Source of the DNA: Squalus acanthias
Lineage: Eukaryota
DNA length: 64,000 bases
Direction: 5' to 3'
NCBI GenBank assembly: GCA_030390025.1
Contig: CM059431.1
Location: 128,280,001 to 128,344,000 of the forward strand
The notes beneath the pieces are model-generated. The model was not told where the DNA came from, did no database searches, and worked only from the letters and a program-made list of their open reading frames with translations. Each line of letters starts with the position of its first letter. Position 1 is the first letter of the stretch. Both the position numbers and the translations under genes were made by a program. Positions 35,190 to 48,106 of this stretch are shown one piece after another.

Positions 35190-36089
35190 TGGTTCTACAA
35201 TGGTATTGGGACTGACTTTTAAGCTGGTTGTCTGTTAATATTATTGGTTCCATTGTAGCCCATGTTGTGGGAAACCAAGTATAAGGTTAAAATTACAGAT
35301 TGGAATAGATGCATATTGAATAAGGAAGGGAAATATTAAAATAGTAAACCTAGAGAATGAAAGGTTTGTAGAGAGAACATAGCAGAATGGTAATAATAAC
35401 TGAGTATTCAGTAAGTTGCACAAGTAAGGAATATGGAATAATGGCTCGTGCAGACAATGAGATAGCAAAGAGATTTTTTACATTTACTAGCATTCTATTT
35501 TGGAGTAATGTTCCCCTATACCATTATAGCATTTAATTTTCTATCAAGTCTGGTAATAATTTGCTCGAAAATGTTGATTTATTGAGTTATTACCCAATGT
35601 AATCAGAACTTATGACTTCCAGTGGAATAAACAAAGGGTACTTCATGCTTCTCAGTGAATTTTATATGATCGTGATGCAAATCAAGGGTTTAGAGGATAT
35701 CATTACTTTTTTATTTTTTAAGTAAGTTGCAAGTTTAAGCTCAAATGGTTTATGTTGATCATCTGACACACAGAATGTATTGCTGTTTTGAGTTCATTGA
35801 GAAGTATCAGATATTATTTCCCATACACTAGTTGGATTTTATTTCCCTGTAAAATAGGTTGCAAGTTGTTCTGCGTTGTTTCACAGATGGAATTCACGCC
35901 ATTAATACACAGATTGATGTCAGCAATCATTTTGTTGTGATATTTTTATTTTCATGTTTCTCAATGACATTTATCTATCTTCTTCAAAACAACAGTAGGC
36001 TGGAATTCTGGAATTGACCACAGCATCATTGCCAGTGCCTGATTTATTTGATGTACCAGCTGTTTGTTCCAATAAAGATAAATCCAATT

Positions 36090-36810
36090 TGTACAAAAGA
36101 AAGCACAGCGTTTTATCCTTGTACAAGGTCTTGGTTAGGCCTCAGTAAGAATTGGTCTCCTCACATGGTGGATGATATTAAGGCTTTGGAACAGTGCAGA
36201 GGAGGGCCACAAGATTCATTCCCAGTTTAAAACAACTTCATTATCCAGATAGACTTCAAGAGCTGGGCGTATATACTTTAGAAAAGCAAAGGCTCAAAGG
36301 AAATTTGACCGATATGTTATAAAATAATGGAGGTACTAGATTGTGTTTATGCGGACCAATTATTTAAACTGGATAGGTTAGGGAGGACCAAGGGTCATGC
36401 GTACAAGTTATGTATGGACAGAATTAGTCTGGATCTTAGGTAAATCTTTTCCCAGAGAAAGGCAGACCTGTGAAACAGGCTTGTGCAATGAATGCTGATT
36501 CACTGTATTCATTCAAGAGAGAGCTTGACCTATTTCTGGCTTTGGCAGAGATCACCTCATATAAGAGGTAGGTACCCTGTAGTATAAATTACCGTCAATA
36601 TGATCTCCAGGATGAGTTTTCATCACCTAAAGAGGATTGATAGGCATTTTCCTGATTTTTTTTCTCCCCTAATTGGCCTGGGTTTTTAGCTACTGTTTTG
36701 CCTTTCCCAGGAGCATAGAGATTGTCTGTATTAGGATGCATAAGGCATCACAACTATATGGGACAGACTAGATGGACCAGTTGGTGCTTTGCTGTCCTAT
36801 GTTCATGTGT
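36090..36810 (+). mobile_element. Old CR1-group LINE 3' fragment
   Basis: Degenerate LYKVLVRP, ALE..QRRATRFIP, TLEKQRLKG and TKGHAYKL motifs in the DNA. Confidence 0.65.
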
Positions 36811-36849
36811 CTGATGTGGGATCTCTGAGGATTAGCTTTATGAAACAGA

Positions 36850-38383
36850 GGCTGGAATTTTGCTGATGCTCAGCGGGTGGAAACGGTGGCGAGTTGGCAG
36901 TGAAATTTGATTTGATTGACAGTGGGTCAGGAACCCACTGTCAAATCGCGCACACTTGCTTTTCCCAATGTCAGGTTTGCCAGCGCTGAGCAGACCTGAA
37001 TGGCAGTGGCAGAGGACCTAATTTAAACATTTATTGGCTTGTTGACAAGCCCTTAAGAGTGAATTTAACTTTACCTTTTGAATTTAACAGCTTGCCCACG
37101 GCTTCCACGCTGCTCCTGTACCCCGTCTGTTAATCTGAGGCGGGGGTTGAGTGGCCATTGAATCAGCTAATGAGTGCCAGCTTGAACTGTAGTTTTAAAG
37201 CTTCCACTTTACACCTGTTCACTTTCCAAGTGCAGAGGCTGTTGCTTTCTTCCTTTGGAAGACAGATTGAGCTTTATGCAGGCTGCAAGTGTGTGGAGCA
37301 AACTCTCCATCCAGTGTCACCTCATTGGAACAACCTCTCTCACCACTGACAGATCGCTTCTGTCATCTCAACTTCAGCTGCCACCTATTCCATCAACATG
37401 GGTGCCCTATATACTCTCTCACCTTGGTCCTCAGAATCTGACCATGATGAGCCCCAACACCAGCAGCACCAACAACAACACCAACCTTCTCCACAATCAC
37501 CTGATGCTGCACAGGACGGAGGACATCAGCACCCAACCACATTGCTGCCTAGGAGGCCAGGTGGGGCCTCAACATGGCCAGATTTACTTCACTTGATGCT
37601 GTACACACTGGCTGCCACATGATGCGTGAGGTTGGCACCACCCCACACCAACACCATAAAGCCACTTCCAAAGGTGCATAGAAATCTGTCCAAGAATGCA
37701 AAGTTTTGAAAATAAAGGTTTCAATGTTTGACACTACATTAACAGAAACTTTACATGAATATTGCATAAAACACCCAAGTGGCTACCCCTGTGTGTTGTT
37801 AGTTGGTATGATTGCACTCGGATGAGGGTAAGTGTGATAGATGGCTAGTGAGATGGGGATGTGATAATATAGATAGAAAGGGATGGGTGGAGCTGCAAGG
37901 TAAGTTGGTGTGAGTAAGGATATGCAGGAGTAGGGTAGGGATGTCAGATTGATGGGGATGTGATGAGTGGCACAGGAGGTTGAGGTTGAGTGTGGCTTTT
38001 TACTAATGTTTCATGATCTACTGAAATTATTGAAACGTTTGCATAAGCATATGGAGGGAGTCATGGGAGAGCCTGGGTGCAGCTCTGTGCCTTTGTGCAG
38101 TCATTGTCAGTGTTTGCAGCACTTCAATGCTGTAGACCACTGACAGCACAAATGTCAAAATAAATTTGGACATGGTCCCTTTAAGGAAACCGGCTGGTGA
38201 TGCATCAGCAAATGACGTCACCAGACCAGCTTCCTCTAATTGGCTGTGAAACGCGCTGGGCGGGCTTAACAAGCCCCATTAGGGAAATTCATTTCGGATA
38301 GCGGGATGGAGCCAGCAGCGGGGACGGGACCCACCACCGACATCGCTCGCCCCTTACCCGCCGAGGTTAGTAAAATCGCCGCC
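36850..38383. mobile_element. Non-autonomous Harbinger deletion derivative (family copy B, related to 32574-34396)
   Basis: Colinear similarity with copy A; TSD aga (36847-36849, 38384-38386); imperfect TIRs. Confidence 0.8.
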
Positions 38384-39974
38384 AGAGATTCACAGATAAC
38401 TTTATGGTATAGTTTTAGGTTATTTTGGATGGTATACGTGATAAATTGCTGTAATTTCACAGTTCAATATGTATTATAATAACAGTCAAGACAGACTGGG
38501 AGTGTTGTTGATTAGTGGACTGTCCTTTTACTTCTGGGACCTGGATTTGACCTGGTTTTGACTGCACTCCAGATTGATAGGATAGAAATCTATTCTCCTT
38601 GTTAACTGTAAGTACCCAGCACAAAATGTATTTGGACAGACTCAACTCAGTTCCTAATAGGCACAGGGCTGGTTGGTGTGGACAAGCTTTCCCCGATGAG
38701 AGGGTTCTCTTCTGGGCTATATTTTACATCTAATTTTGCTATAACGGATTTGACAATGGTTAATAATGATAGCTGGTGAACAAATGCAAAAAATAATCCA
38801 TTTCCCCCACATGATATCTATCACCTTGATGAACATAAATATTTATCAAAAATATAAATTTAATGATGGGTTTCTCAGCCATCGAGGAGCAATTCTGAAC
38901 TGAAACCTCTTTGAAACCTCTGTTAAAATAGAATGATTTGTTTTAACAAATTTGGGCAGAATAGAAAACAAAATTGTTCTGTTAATGTTTGGAACAGCTG
39001 TATTTATGTGGATTCGGAGTGAAGAATCGTTAACAAGCAGTGTAGGGTCTGAACCAGGAAGATAAGTTAGAATATTGAATTCAATGTCAAGTCAGGTACA
39101 GGAAGTGAAATGAAGAGAGGGAAAGAATGAGTGGATTAAGAGATAAAAGATACAGAAAAAAAGTTTTAAAAATCAATTAAATTTTTTAATAAATTTCCAA
39201 CAATAATTAAAGTCTGAAGGAATGAGACTCTACACTTGTAAAGGTTAATTTTCAGTGCCAGAGAGATTGTTTGGCAGCAATTAAGGCTTACCACACCATT
39301 AAAAGGGTACTTTGACCGGAATGGACAAGCCCTAACTTTCTGTGGTGAGTTTAGTCCATAACTACATCGTCAGTATAGGAACTTCACGCCGTTCAATACA
39401 TTTGAATGGGGAGCCAGACGGCGAGATGTCATTTATGCGCGTATCTCGGACAGCAACTTTTGGATTTTCGCGTTTAACTGCGCACGTGCACTCGTCGGAA
39501 GTTGCTGACCAATTTGTGCAGAAATAACCCTGAGCGCTGTTAGGCTCACTGTTACTTTCACAGCAAAATCTAGATCAATAACTGCAAGGCAGGAAGGAGT
39601 GGAGTGGGGGGTAAGATTTATCGGCCGGGAAACCCAGAAGTACAGGTTTCCTGTAGATCCTGCCAATAAGATTTACATTTTTTGAATAGTTTCCTCTGAA
39701 GTTGTTTGACTGATTATCAAGAGGAAGTGACAGCGTTCAACTTACCCAAAGGTTTCTCTTGTTGTTTCATCAATGGATCATTCAATGCCTGCATGTAACA
39801 TGGTACAGATGCATTGGGGTGAATTTTAACTTGCAGGAGTGCTTGGGTTTGGGAGCAGGTAAGTGTTAAGAGCACTGAAATTGAAGGCATGTCGGGAAGC
39901 CGGCTCCAACCCGCCGATTTCCATATTTAACTGCAGCGTGTTAGAAATTAGGGGTGCCTAAAAATATATATAGC

Positions 39975-42840
39975 TATAAGAACATAAGAACATAAGAAAT
40001 AGGAGCAGGAGTAGGCCTGTAGGGGATGGCAGTTTGTGTCAGCTTCACCTCTGACTTCTGAGCGGTTCGAATCGCTCCCACTCCCTTGGTTCTAGACCTT
40101 GGACTTATTTGGGGATTGTGACAAAAAGTGCAGCAGACAACTGGTTTCGATGCAAGAACCTTGATCTTTATTCAAGAAAGTAAAAAACACAACACAAACA
40201 CTCGTAACACTCTAAAAGTGGGGAACACTTCGGTACAAGCGAGGGAAATAACATTAGGAGAATACTTCACCCCTCCCAATCCCACTTCACTAGCTAGGTT
40301 GGACTCCAGAGAACCAGGGATAATGCTCACCAAATGAATCCTTGACAGTTGAGAGTTAGGGTTTAGAGCCTTTTGACTAAAAAGTTTCGTAAGGCCCTTG
40401 TTGCCGCGAGGTGTCCGATGGTCACTGAGGCGGTCACTCTGTTTTTTTCTTGCGTGTCGGCCTGCTTGTTCCTTGCTGCCTGCTTGTTTTGTTGAAATTG
40501 TGTATGGTTGTACTCGAGAACTCCTTTCTGTTGTAACTGTGTAACTGCTTGTCTCCTTGAACTGCCGTGTAACTCTACTGGAGAACTCGAACTCCTGTTG
40601 TAACTGTTGAACTCCTTAACTTGTTGAACTCCCTTCAACAGCTTCTTGCTGAACTCCCTGAACAGCTTCTTGTTTAACTGCTTGCTGAATTCCTTGCTGC
40701 TGTGTAACTCTACTGGAGAACTCGAACTTGAACTGTTGTAACTGCTGAACTCACTTCTTGAGAAAACAGCCTTTCAATTATACTAATTGAAGCTTCCTTA
40801 TCTGTGCATTGTAAGATTTTGGAGGGCTCGTTAATGGTAACGACTTTACTAAGTGTCAAAAGGCTTTTGGGATGGCTTGCGTCCTGTCGATCTCCTTGGT
40901 AGATTACAGTTGATTGGTTTTGTGCTTGGTTTTCTTGGCTGGACTCGGTCTTTCTATAGAATGGGTCTAAGTGATTTGTATTATGCATGTTTCTGATGGG
41001 CCCTGTAATCGGTTTTGATGGGGCCTGTCTTTTGGGTGGGACTGTCTTTTCCCGAGGTCAAAATGTTAATGTCTGCTGGGGCTTGAGTGAGGTCATCACG
41101 GTTCCCCAGACAGTGTAATTAACTGCAATAGCCAAACTGCTTTTACAGAGGTTGAGCCCACGTCCTTATCCCTTTACAGGCCCAGACATGTTTTTAAAAT
41201 GCCAAAACTTGGTTTTTGGTCTTAAATTCCTTATGTTAGGCCCAAATGTATTTTTATCATTCTGAGGTAGTTCCAAAGTCCTTTTTCCTTAGGTTTTAGG
41301 GATCTGTAAATTTTGGAAACCTTACAGGCCATTCGGCCCTTCGAGCCTGCTCCGCCATTCAATTAGATCATGGCTGATCTTCTGCCTCAACTCCATTCAC
41401 CAGCCCTATTGCCATATCCCTTGATGCCTTTACTAGTCAGAAATCTATCGACTTCTGTTTTGAATATACCCAATGACTGAGCCTCCACAGTCCTCTGGGG
41501 TAGAGAATTCCAAAGATTCACCACCCTCTGTGTGAAGAAATTTCTTCTCATCTCAGTCCTGAATGGCCTACCCTTTATCTTGAGGCTATGGCCCCTGGTT
41601 CTAGACTCCCCAGAAACATTCTCCCAGCATCCATCCTATCAAGCCCTGTAATAATTTTATATGCTTCAATGAGATCCCCTCTCATTCTTCTGAATTCAAG
41701 AGAATACAGGCCTAGTTTACTCAATCTCTTCTCATACAACAGTCCCGCCATCCCAGGAATCAATCTCGTGAACCTTCGTTGCACTCCCTCTATGGCAAGT
41801 ATATCCTTCCTTAGGTAAGGAGACCAAAATTGTACACAGGTGTGGTCTCATCAAGACCCTATATAATTGGAGTAAGACTTCTTTACTCCTGTACTCAAAT
41901 CCTCTTGTAATGAAGGCCAGCATACCATTTGCCTTCCTAATGGCTTGCTGCACTTGCACATTCACTTTCAGTGACTCATGTAAAAGGACACCCAGAACCC
42001 TTTGAGCATCTGCATTCCCCAATCTTTTGCCATTTAGTGAATACTCTGCCTTTCTGTTTTTTCGACCAAAGTGGATAACTTCACATTTATCCACATTATA
42101 TTCCATCTGCCATGTTCTCGCCCACACACTGAGCCTGTTGAGATCCCCTTGAAGCCGCTTCACATCCTCTTCGCAACTGACATTGCCACCTAGCTTTGTA
42201 TCATCAGCAAATTTGGAAATGTTACATTTAGTCCCCTCATCCAAGTCATTGATATAGATTGTGATTAGCTGGGGCTCAAGCACCGATCCTTGCGGTACCC
42301 CACTAGTCACAGCCTGCCATCATGAAAAAGATCCGTTTATCCCTTATCTTTGTTTTCTGTCTGTTAACCAATTCTCAATCCATGCAAGTATATTCCCGCC
42401 AATTCCATGTGCCCTAATTTTGTTCACCAACCTCTTGTGTGGGACCTTATCGAAGGCCTTCTGAAAATCCAGATACACCACATCTACCGGTTCCCCTTTG
42501 TGTACTCCACTAGTTATATCCTCAAAGAACTCCAGTAGGTTTGTCAAACAGGATTTCCCTTTCAGAAATCCATGTTGACTCTGCCCAATCTTACTATTAG
42601 TTACTAAGTGCCCAGTTATTGCGTCCTTTATAATAGATTCCAGCATTTTCCCAACTACTGATGTGAGGCTAACAGGTCTGTAGTTCCCCGTTTTCTCTCT
42701 CCCTCCTTTCTTAAATAGTGGGGTTACATTTGCTATCCTCCAATCTGCAGGAACCGCTCCAGAATCTATAGAATTTTGGAAGATGACAACCAATGCATCC
42801 ATTATTCCAATGGCCACCTCTTTCAAAACCCTAGGATGTA
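39975..42840 (-). mobile_element. CR1 LINE (RT to tail) with a solo LTR inserted in its 3' UTR
   Basis: ORFs 41575..42826; (aacataag)n tail at 39975-40000; sequence gtaggcc|attcggccc is restored on LTR removal. Confidence 0.9.
40018..41326 (-). mobile_element. Solo LTR, 1309 bp (ERV or Gypsy type)
   Basis: TGTA...TACA ends; 4-bp TSD ggcc (40014-40017, 41327-41330); minus-strand AATAAA near 40170; internal degenerate repeats. Confidence 0.85.
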
Positions 42841-43139
42841 GGAAAAGACAGGATGAGATAAGAGACTACGGGCTCGATTTTAATTCTCGAGGTGGGTTGG
42901 AGTCGGGTTGCGTGGTGGGTGGGTTCCGGAGCCACTTCCGATGGGACCGGTGCTGATCTTCGAGTTTAATGAAATCCGCTTGTTAAGTTCATTGGGGCGC
43001 GCTGGCTGGTCCAATGAGTGCGATCGGCTCGGCTGGCCGCCTCTGATGACATCATCATAGCAGCTGGTTTTAAAGCTGCCATCCAGCCTAAGCCTTTCTC
43101 TTCTGGATTCTGATACTCAGTGAGATTACTCCATCCACT

Positions 43140-45095
43140 ATGACTTCTTCCAGAGGCAAGGCAGTTCCTCGATTTAATGATGAGTCCCTCCAAGTTCTTG
43201 TGGATGCTGTAAGAGGGCGCAGGGAGATTCTCTTCCCTCCGGATGGCCGGAGGAAGCCTCCTCAGCAGACCAAGGCAGCCTGGCTGCGCATTGCTGAGGA
43301 GGTCAGCACAAGGTCCATATGTTCACGCTCATGAATTCAGTGCAGGAAACGCTTGAATGATCTTTTGTGAACATCAAAAGCGAATATCCCATCAGACTTA
43401 CCTTCAATCTGCTTCTCTTCTCTTCTCATCACCAGCACTCTGCGTTGTAAGCCTGCTCCTCCACATACCACCTTACCCTTACTTCCCTTGCACCCTTACC
43501 TATCCATCCCTGTCTCTGCACTGAATCACTTCAGCATCCTGAATATGCACCCCTTAGACTCGCTCTCACTGTTATGCAGTGACAACAACTAATAACACAG
43601 AGGGAGCTAGCTTCCTCTTGGCACCTTAGCCCATCTTCGTCTCCCTCAAAGCTTCTATGGTAGGGATTCTTCACACTCACTCTATCACTGGTTGTAACTC
43701 TGCTTGTGTCCCCCCTTGCAGGAAAAGATAGCCCACAATAAGAGGGAGAGAGCACTGACTGCAGGAGGGACACCAACCCTAGCAACGTTGACAAGTGTTG
43801 AGGAGGCCGCACACAAAATTATTGGAGGTGGCGAGGATCTGGAAGTGGGCGATGGAGAGATGGGCACACTAGAGGAAGCTAGTGACATAATAGAGTTTCA
43901 TCCCTCTCAGATGGCAATGGCATATGATGTTCATAGAGAGTCGCATTGTATCATCTGCTCAAAAGGATGTGTCTGCTACATCAATATCAGACGTCTAAAT
44001 CATGTCTTTACTCTCCCACAGGACCATCGAGCACCCCCCTCCCCACGATCCAGGACGAAGAGCTGGACAACTCCTCAGAGGAACCTGAAGCCTCTGAGGG
44101 AGCAGCGTCACCAGGACTCAGCGCGCCCAGCACCAGCGCAGCAACGCACAACTCGGTGAGGGCCTCGCAAGTTAGAGTAGTGTTGCCACCTGGTCGATCA
44201 CAGCGCACAAGTGTGCATCAGGAGATGGTGGAGACAGCGACAGCAGTGGAGAGTCCTCGGCGGAGGTTGCAGGACTCTTCTAGCTCTGCTGAGCTGCATG
44301 CAGACGCTGTGCCTCTGGGGCCATCCAGAAAAAGAGCGTCTCGGGAAATACAGGAACAAGTGCAGGTGTCTCTGGAAGGGTTTGCCACCAGGGTTAGTGC
44401 GAGTTTGGATAGAATGGAGGAGTCCATCTCTAACATCAGCACTACTGTCGTGGAGGCAATGGCGCATGAATGCACCACCATGGATAGGATGGCAACCTCC
44501 ATGGATAGGATGGCAACCTCCGTGGAAAGGCTGGCTACCTCCGAGGAAATGCTGGCTACCGCCATGGAGGAAATTAGTCGCCAGAGTCAGGAAAACATGG
44601 TGACTGTTTAAAATAGAATGACATCTCTGGAGGAGCGATGGGCAGCTATTGAGCAGAGCGACCAGAGCTTCATGAACGTCCTTATGATGAGGACTGCCAG
44701 TGCAGGTATGGGTCCTCATGGCCCCCTGATGTGCAACAAGGTGCTCTCCAGCCACTTGCCAGCACTGAGGTGCAGCTGACCCATGAGAGGGATGTTGTTG
44801 GCAGGACACAAGGAAGTGTGGGCTCCTCTCAAAGTGCTCACATGACCATGCCACTGTGGAGCCCTCAGTCAGAGACCCACTTTGCAGAGTCAACTGAGAT
44901 GGCTGTTTCAGCCTCTGCACAGCCGCAGAATAGCAGACTGCTGAAGAGCCCTCCCAGGCTCCCAAACCCAGAGGACACCCACCAAAGGCATCTAAGCGGG
45001 CGCAGCATCCTAGTCAGCAAGGTGCCTCTACATCTGCTGAAGCCACAGGGGCAGCACCACGTAGAAGCATGCATAAGAGAAAGATTAAGCACATA
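43140..45095 (+). pseudogene. Harbinger Myb/SANT-like gene, three exons (acceptors before 43722 and 44022), with stops
   Basis: PRFNDESLQVLVDAVRGRREILFP..AWLRIAEEV..CRKRLNDL; EKIAHNKRERALTAGG; acidic tract; heptad repeat region. Confidence 0.8.
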
Positions 45096-46100
45096 GGCAG
45101 TGTTCTCGGCCCAACCATCTTCAGCTGCTTCATCAATGACGTTCCCTCCAAATAAGGTCAGAAATGGGGGTCGATGATGACTGCACAGTGTTCAGCGCCA
45201 TTCACAACTCCTCAGATAATGAAGCAGTCCATGTCCACATGCAACAAGACCTGGACGACGTACAGGCTTGCGCTGAGGCACACAGCTGCTGCTCCTCCGA
45301 TTATAAGTGGCAGGTCACATTCGCGCCACAGAAGTGCCAGGTAATGACTATCTCCAACAAGCGGGAGTCTAACCATCTCCCCTTGACATTCAATGGCATT
45401 ACCATCACCAAATCCCCCACCATCAACATCCTGGGGGTCACCATTGACCAGAAACTTAACTGGACCAACCACATAAATACTGTGGCAACAAGAGCAGGTC
45501 AGAGGCTAGGTATTCTGTGGCAAGTGTCTCACATCCTGACATCCTGCCTTTCCACCATCTACAAGGCACAAGTAAGGAGTGTGATGGAATGCACTCCACT
45601 TGCCTGGATGAGTGCAGCTGCAACAACACTCAAGAAGCTCGACACCATCCAGGACAAAGCAGCCCGCTTGATTGGCACTCCATCCACCACCTTAAACATT
45701 CACTCCCTCCACCACTGGCGTACTGTGGCTGCAGTGTGTACCATCTACAAGATGCACTGCAGCAACTCACCAAGGCTTCTTCGGCAGCACCTCCCAAACC
45801 CACGACCTCTACCACCTAGATGGACAAGGGCAGCAGGCGCATGGGTACACCACCACATCCAAGTTCCCCTCCAAGTCACACACCATCCTGACTTAGAAGT
45901 ATATTACCGATCCTTCATCGTCGCTGGGTCAAAATCCTGGAACTCCCTACCTAACAGCACTGTGGGAGTACCTACACCACACGGGCTGCAGCAGTTCAAG
46001 AAGGCGGCTCACCACCACCTTCTCAAGGGCAATTAGGGATGGGCAATAAATGCTGGCCTTGCCAGCGACGCCCACATCCCTTAAATTAATCAAAAAAAAA
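45096..46100 (+). mobile_element. 5'-truncated CR1/L2-supergroup LINE (second family)
   Basis: ORF 45164..46036; A-rich tail at 46092-46100. Confidence 0.88.
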
Positions 46101-48106
46101 TATATATATATAGTCAAAAGGGGACTCGCGTGGGTGTTTTGTCTATTTTTTCTGACTGTTCTTGGTTTATGATCCTTTTGTCATGTGTAAAAGAAAAATT
46201 ATGGCAAACAGTTGATTGTGTGGCCTATGTGTTCTGGGAAATGGCAAAAGTGCATTGAGGGCTCAGAGCGACTTGCTTTTGTAATGCTGATGGTGAAAGT
46301 GATCGGAAATAACAGGGTCTAGCAGAGATCATGTATGACGTTGGACAAATGTCGCCTGCAATTACATAGCCTCTATGCTTGAAGAGAAAGCTTATGTGAT
46401 TGTGGCATGGCAGTGTGCATACCCTGCTTGACGGGCAGCAGTGAACTGGAAGGATGTTGCATTGGTCACAATAGGGCCTGCAAGGCACCCCTCGTCCTCC
46501 TCCTCCTCCTCTTCCCAGGAAGATCTGCGCTGAGCCACGCAGCAGCTGCTACTCCGATTATGAGGACCAGGTTGAGAGGACATAAATTTTTCCCATCCCC
46601 TTGTTATAGATTTCATTTGAGGCAGCAAGCTTGCAAGCGCACAGTCGAAGTGGCCTGAAAAAATTCCATTCATGCCACACCGCAGATGGGTGTCAGCTTG
46701 AACAGTCCAACGTCAGTAGAAATCTTATCCCATACCTACAACAGCAAAGTTGTTGCATTTGAATGTCAGCCATGTTTCAGGGGCGCTTTTAAAGTGCTCC
46801 AACAATGAATACAAATCATGTCCTCCAGCAACTCGTCTCCTTGAACCTGGCCTGTTTCTGACAAGACGAGAAACAGGAACCAGAAGCACAAAAATGGGAA
46901 ACCACTATCAAAATAGGATTAGCAAGGCAGTCAACAGGCTGTTAACTGCCTTAACTACCTGTCCCACGGGTTCCAGTCGGGTCAGTTTGGGAGCGGCTGA
47001 CCCGACACTCACGAAAATCGGGTGGGGGCGGGATGGAGGCGGGTTGGGTGTCTGAAGTCATTTTTTCCAATTTTCGCTACAGACCTGCCTCCAAACCCGC
47101 CTCCTCAGAGCTATTAAAATCGAGGCCTATAGCTTTGGAAGGAAAAGGCTGGATGAGATAATGGAAGATAGCCCTCAAGATGTTGTAAGGCAATGATTGG
47201 TCAAGTACAGAAAGCATGTGTAATGGTTGTGAGAAGACCCCTGACAGGTGGGAGATAACAGGAGGGTATACCCTTTTTCCATAGTTTAGACAAAGAACTC
47301 GACATGTTATTGGGCACCTTGTTTTAAGGGGAACCTCTATAGGTTAAATGGTCCTGTCCATATTCTACTCCAGGCCCACCCCTAAAAAGAGAATAAGAGA
47401 AAGACCTAGAGAGCCCTGAGCTCAGACCGTGGAGCGGAGGGCTCCCAAGAGTGAAATCGGTGGTCTAACACTCTTCCAAAGGTAGAACCATGCTGACCCT
47501 AGTCTAACACTCGTGGGTAGTTCAAGAAGAAGAGAGAGAGACATGTGAGACAAGAAGGAGAACGAAGAAGTAAAGTTGTTCCTGCACGCCAGCCATCTTT
47601 CCGATTGGGTCCGGTACCAGCTGCTTGTCACAGTCATATGTTTTTGCTGTATAACTAGCGTGTTATATTCCGTCCTAAACTCCGATTAAACACAATATAC
47701 CCACCATATTGGTTTGCACTCAATCCAGTTTATTTGAAAGACCAGAGATGAGTTAATCTCAACAGCGAGTTAGGTTGTGTGTGAGCAATCCCCTCGGGAG
47801 AGGCGGCTTTTCAATTTTAATATTGTCAACGATATTAACATGGGTTTTGGAATTTAACTGTGGGTGCATGTGTTTCCCGGGCTTCCTGGAACTCGCAAGT
47901 GAAAGCAAGGTGAGAAAACTGTGGCAATTGACGGGGCTGATGACATGACAGCCTGATTGTGTGAAAGGCTTTGTTCACAACACTTGCGCTGAGAGATTAT
48001 GTTCGCAAATATAGAGGTTACTATCACAGCTTTGGAGGTTACTGTCACAATTTTGGAGGTTTGTACATCTGATCTCCACTTTGGAGCTGTGATCTATCTG
48101 ATCAGT

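Larger units (their letters stand above)
42869..47127. mobile_element. Harbinger element: Myb gene on +, truncated transposase on -
   Basis: TIRs gggctcgattttaat / attaaaatcgaggcc; flanks tac/tat. Confidence 0.82.
42841..47813 (+). mobile_element. Possible LTR (about 0.7 kb net) interrupted by a Harbinger, with non-matching flanks
   Basis: Ends (g)gaaaag...cttttca; motif ggaaaag..ggatgagataa occurs on both sides of the Harbinger insertion; ATTAAA near 47686; no TSD. Confidence 0.4.
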
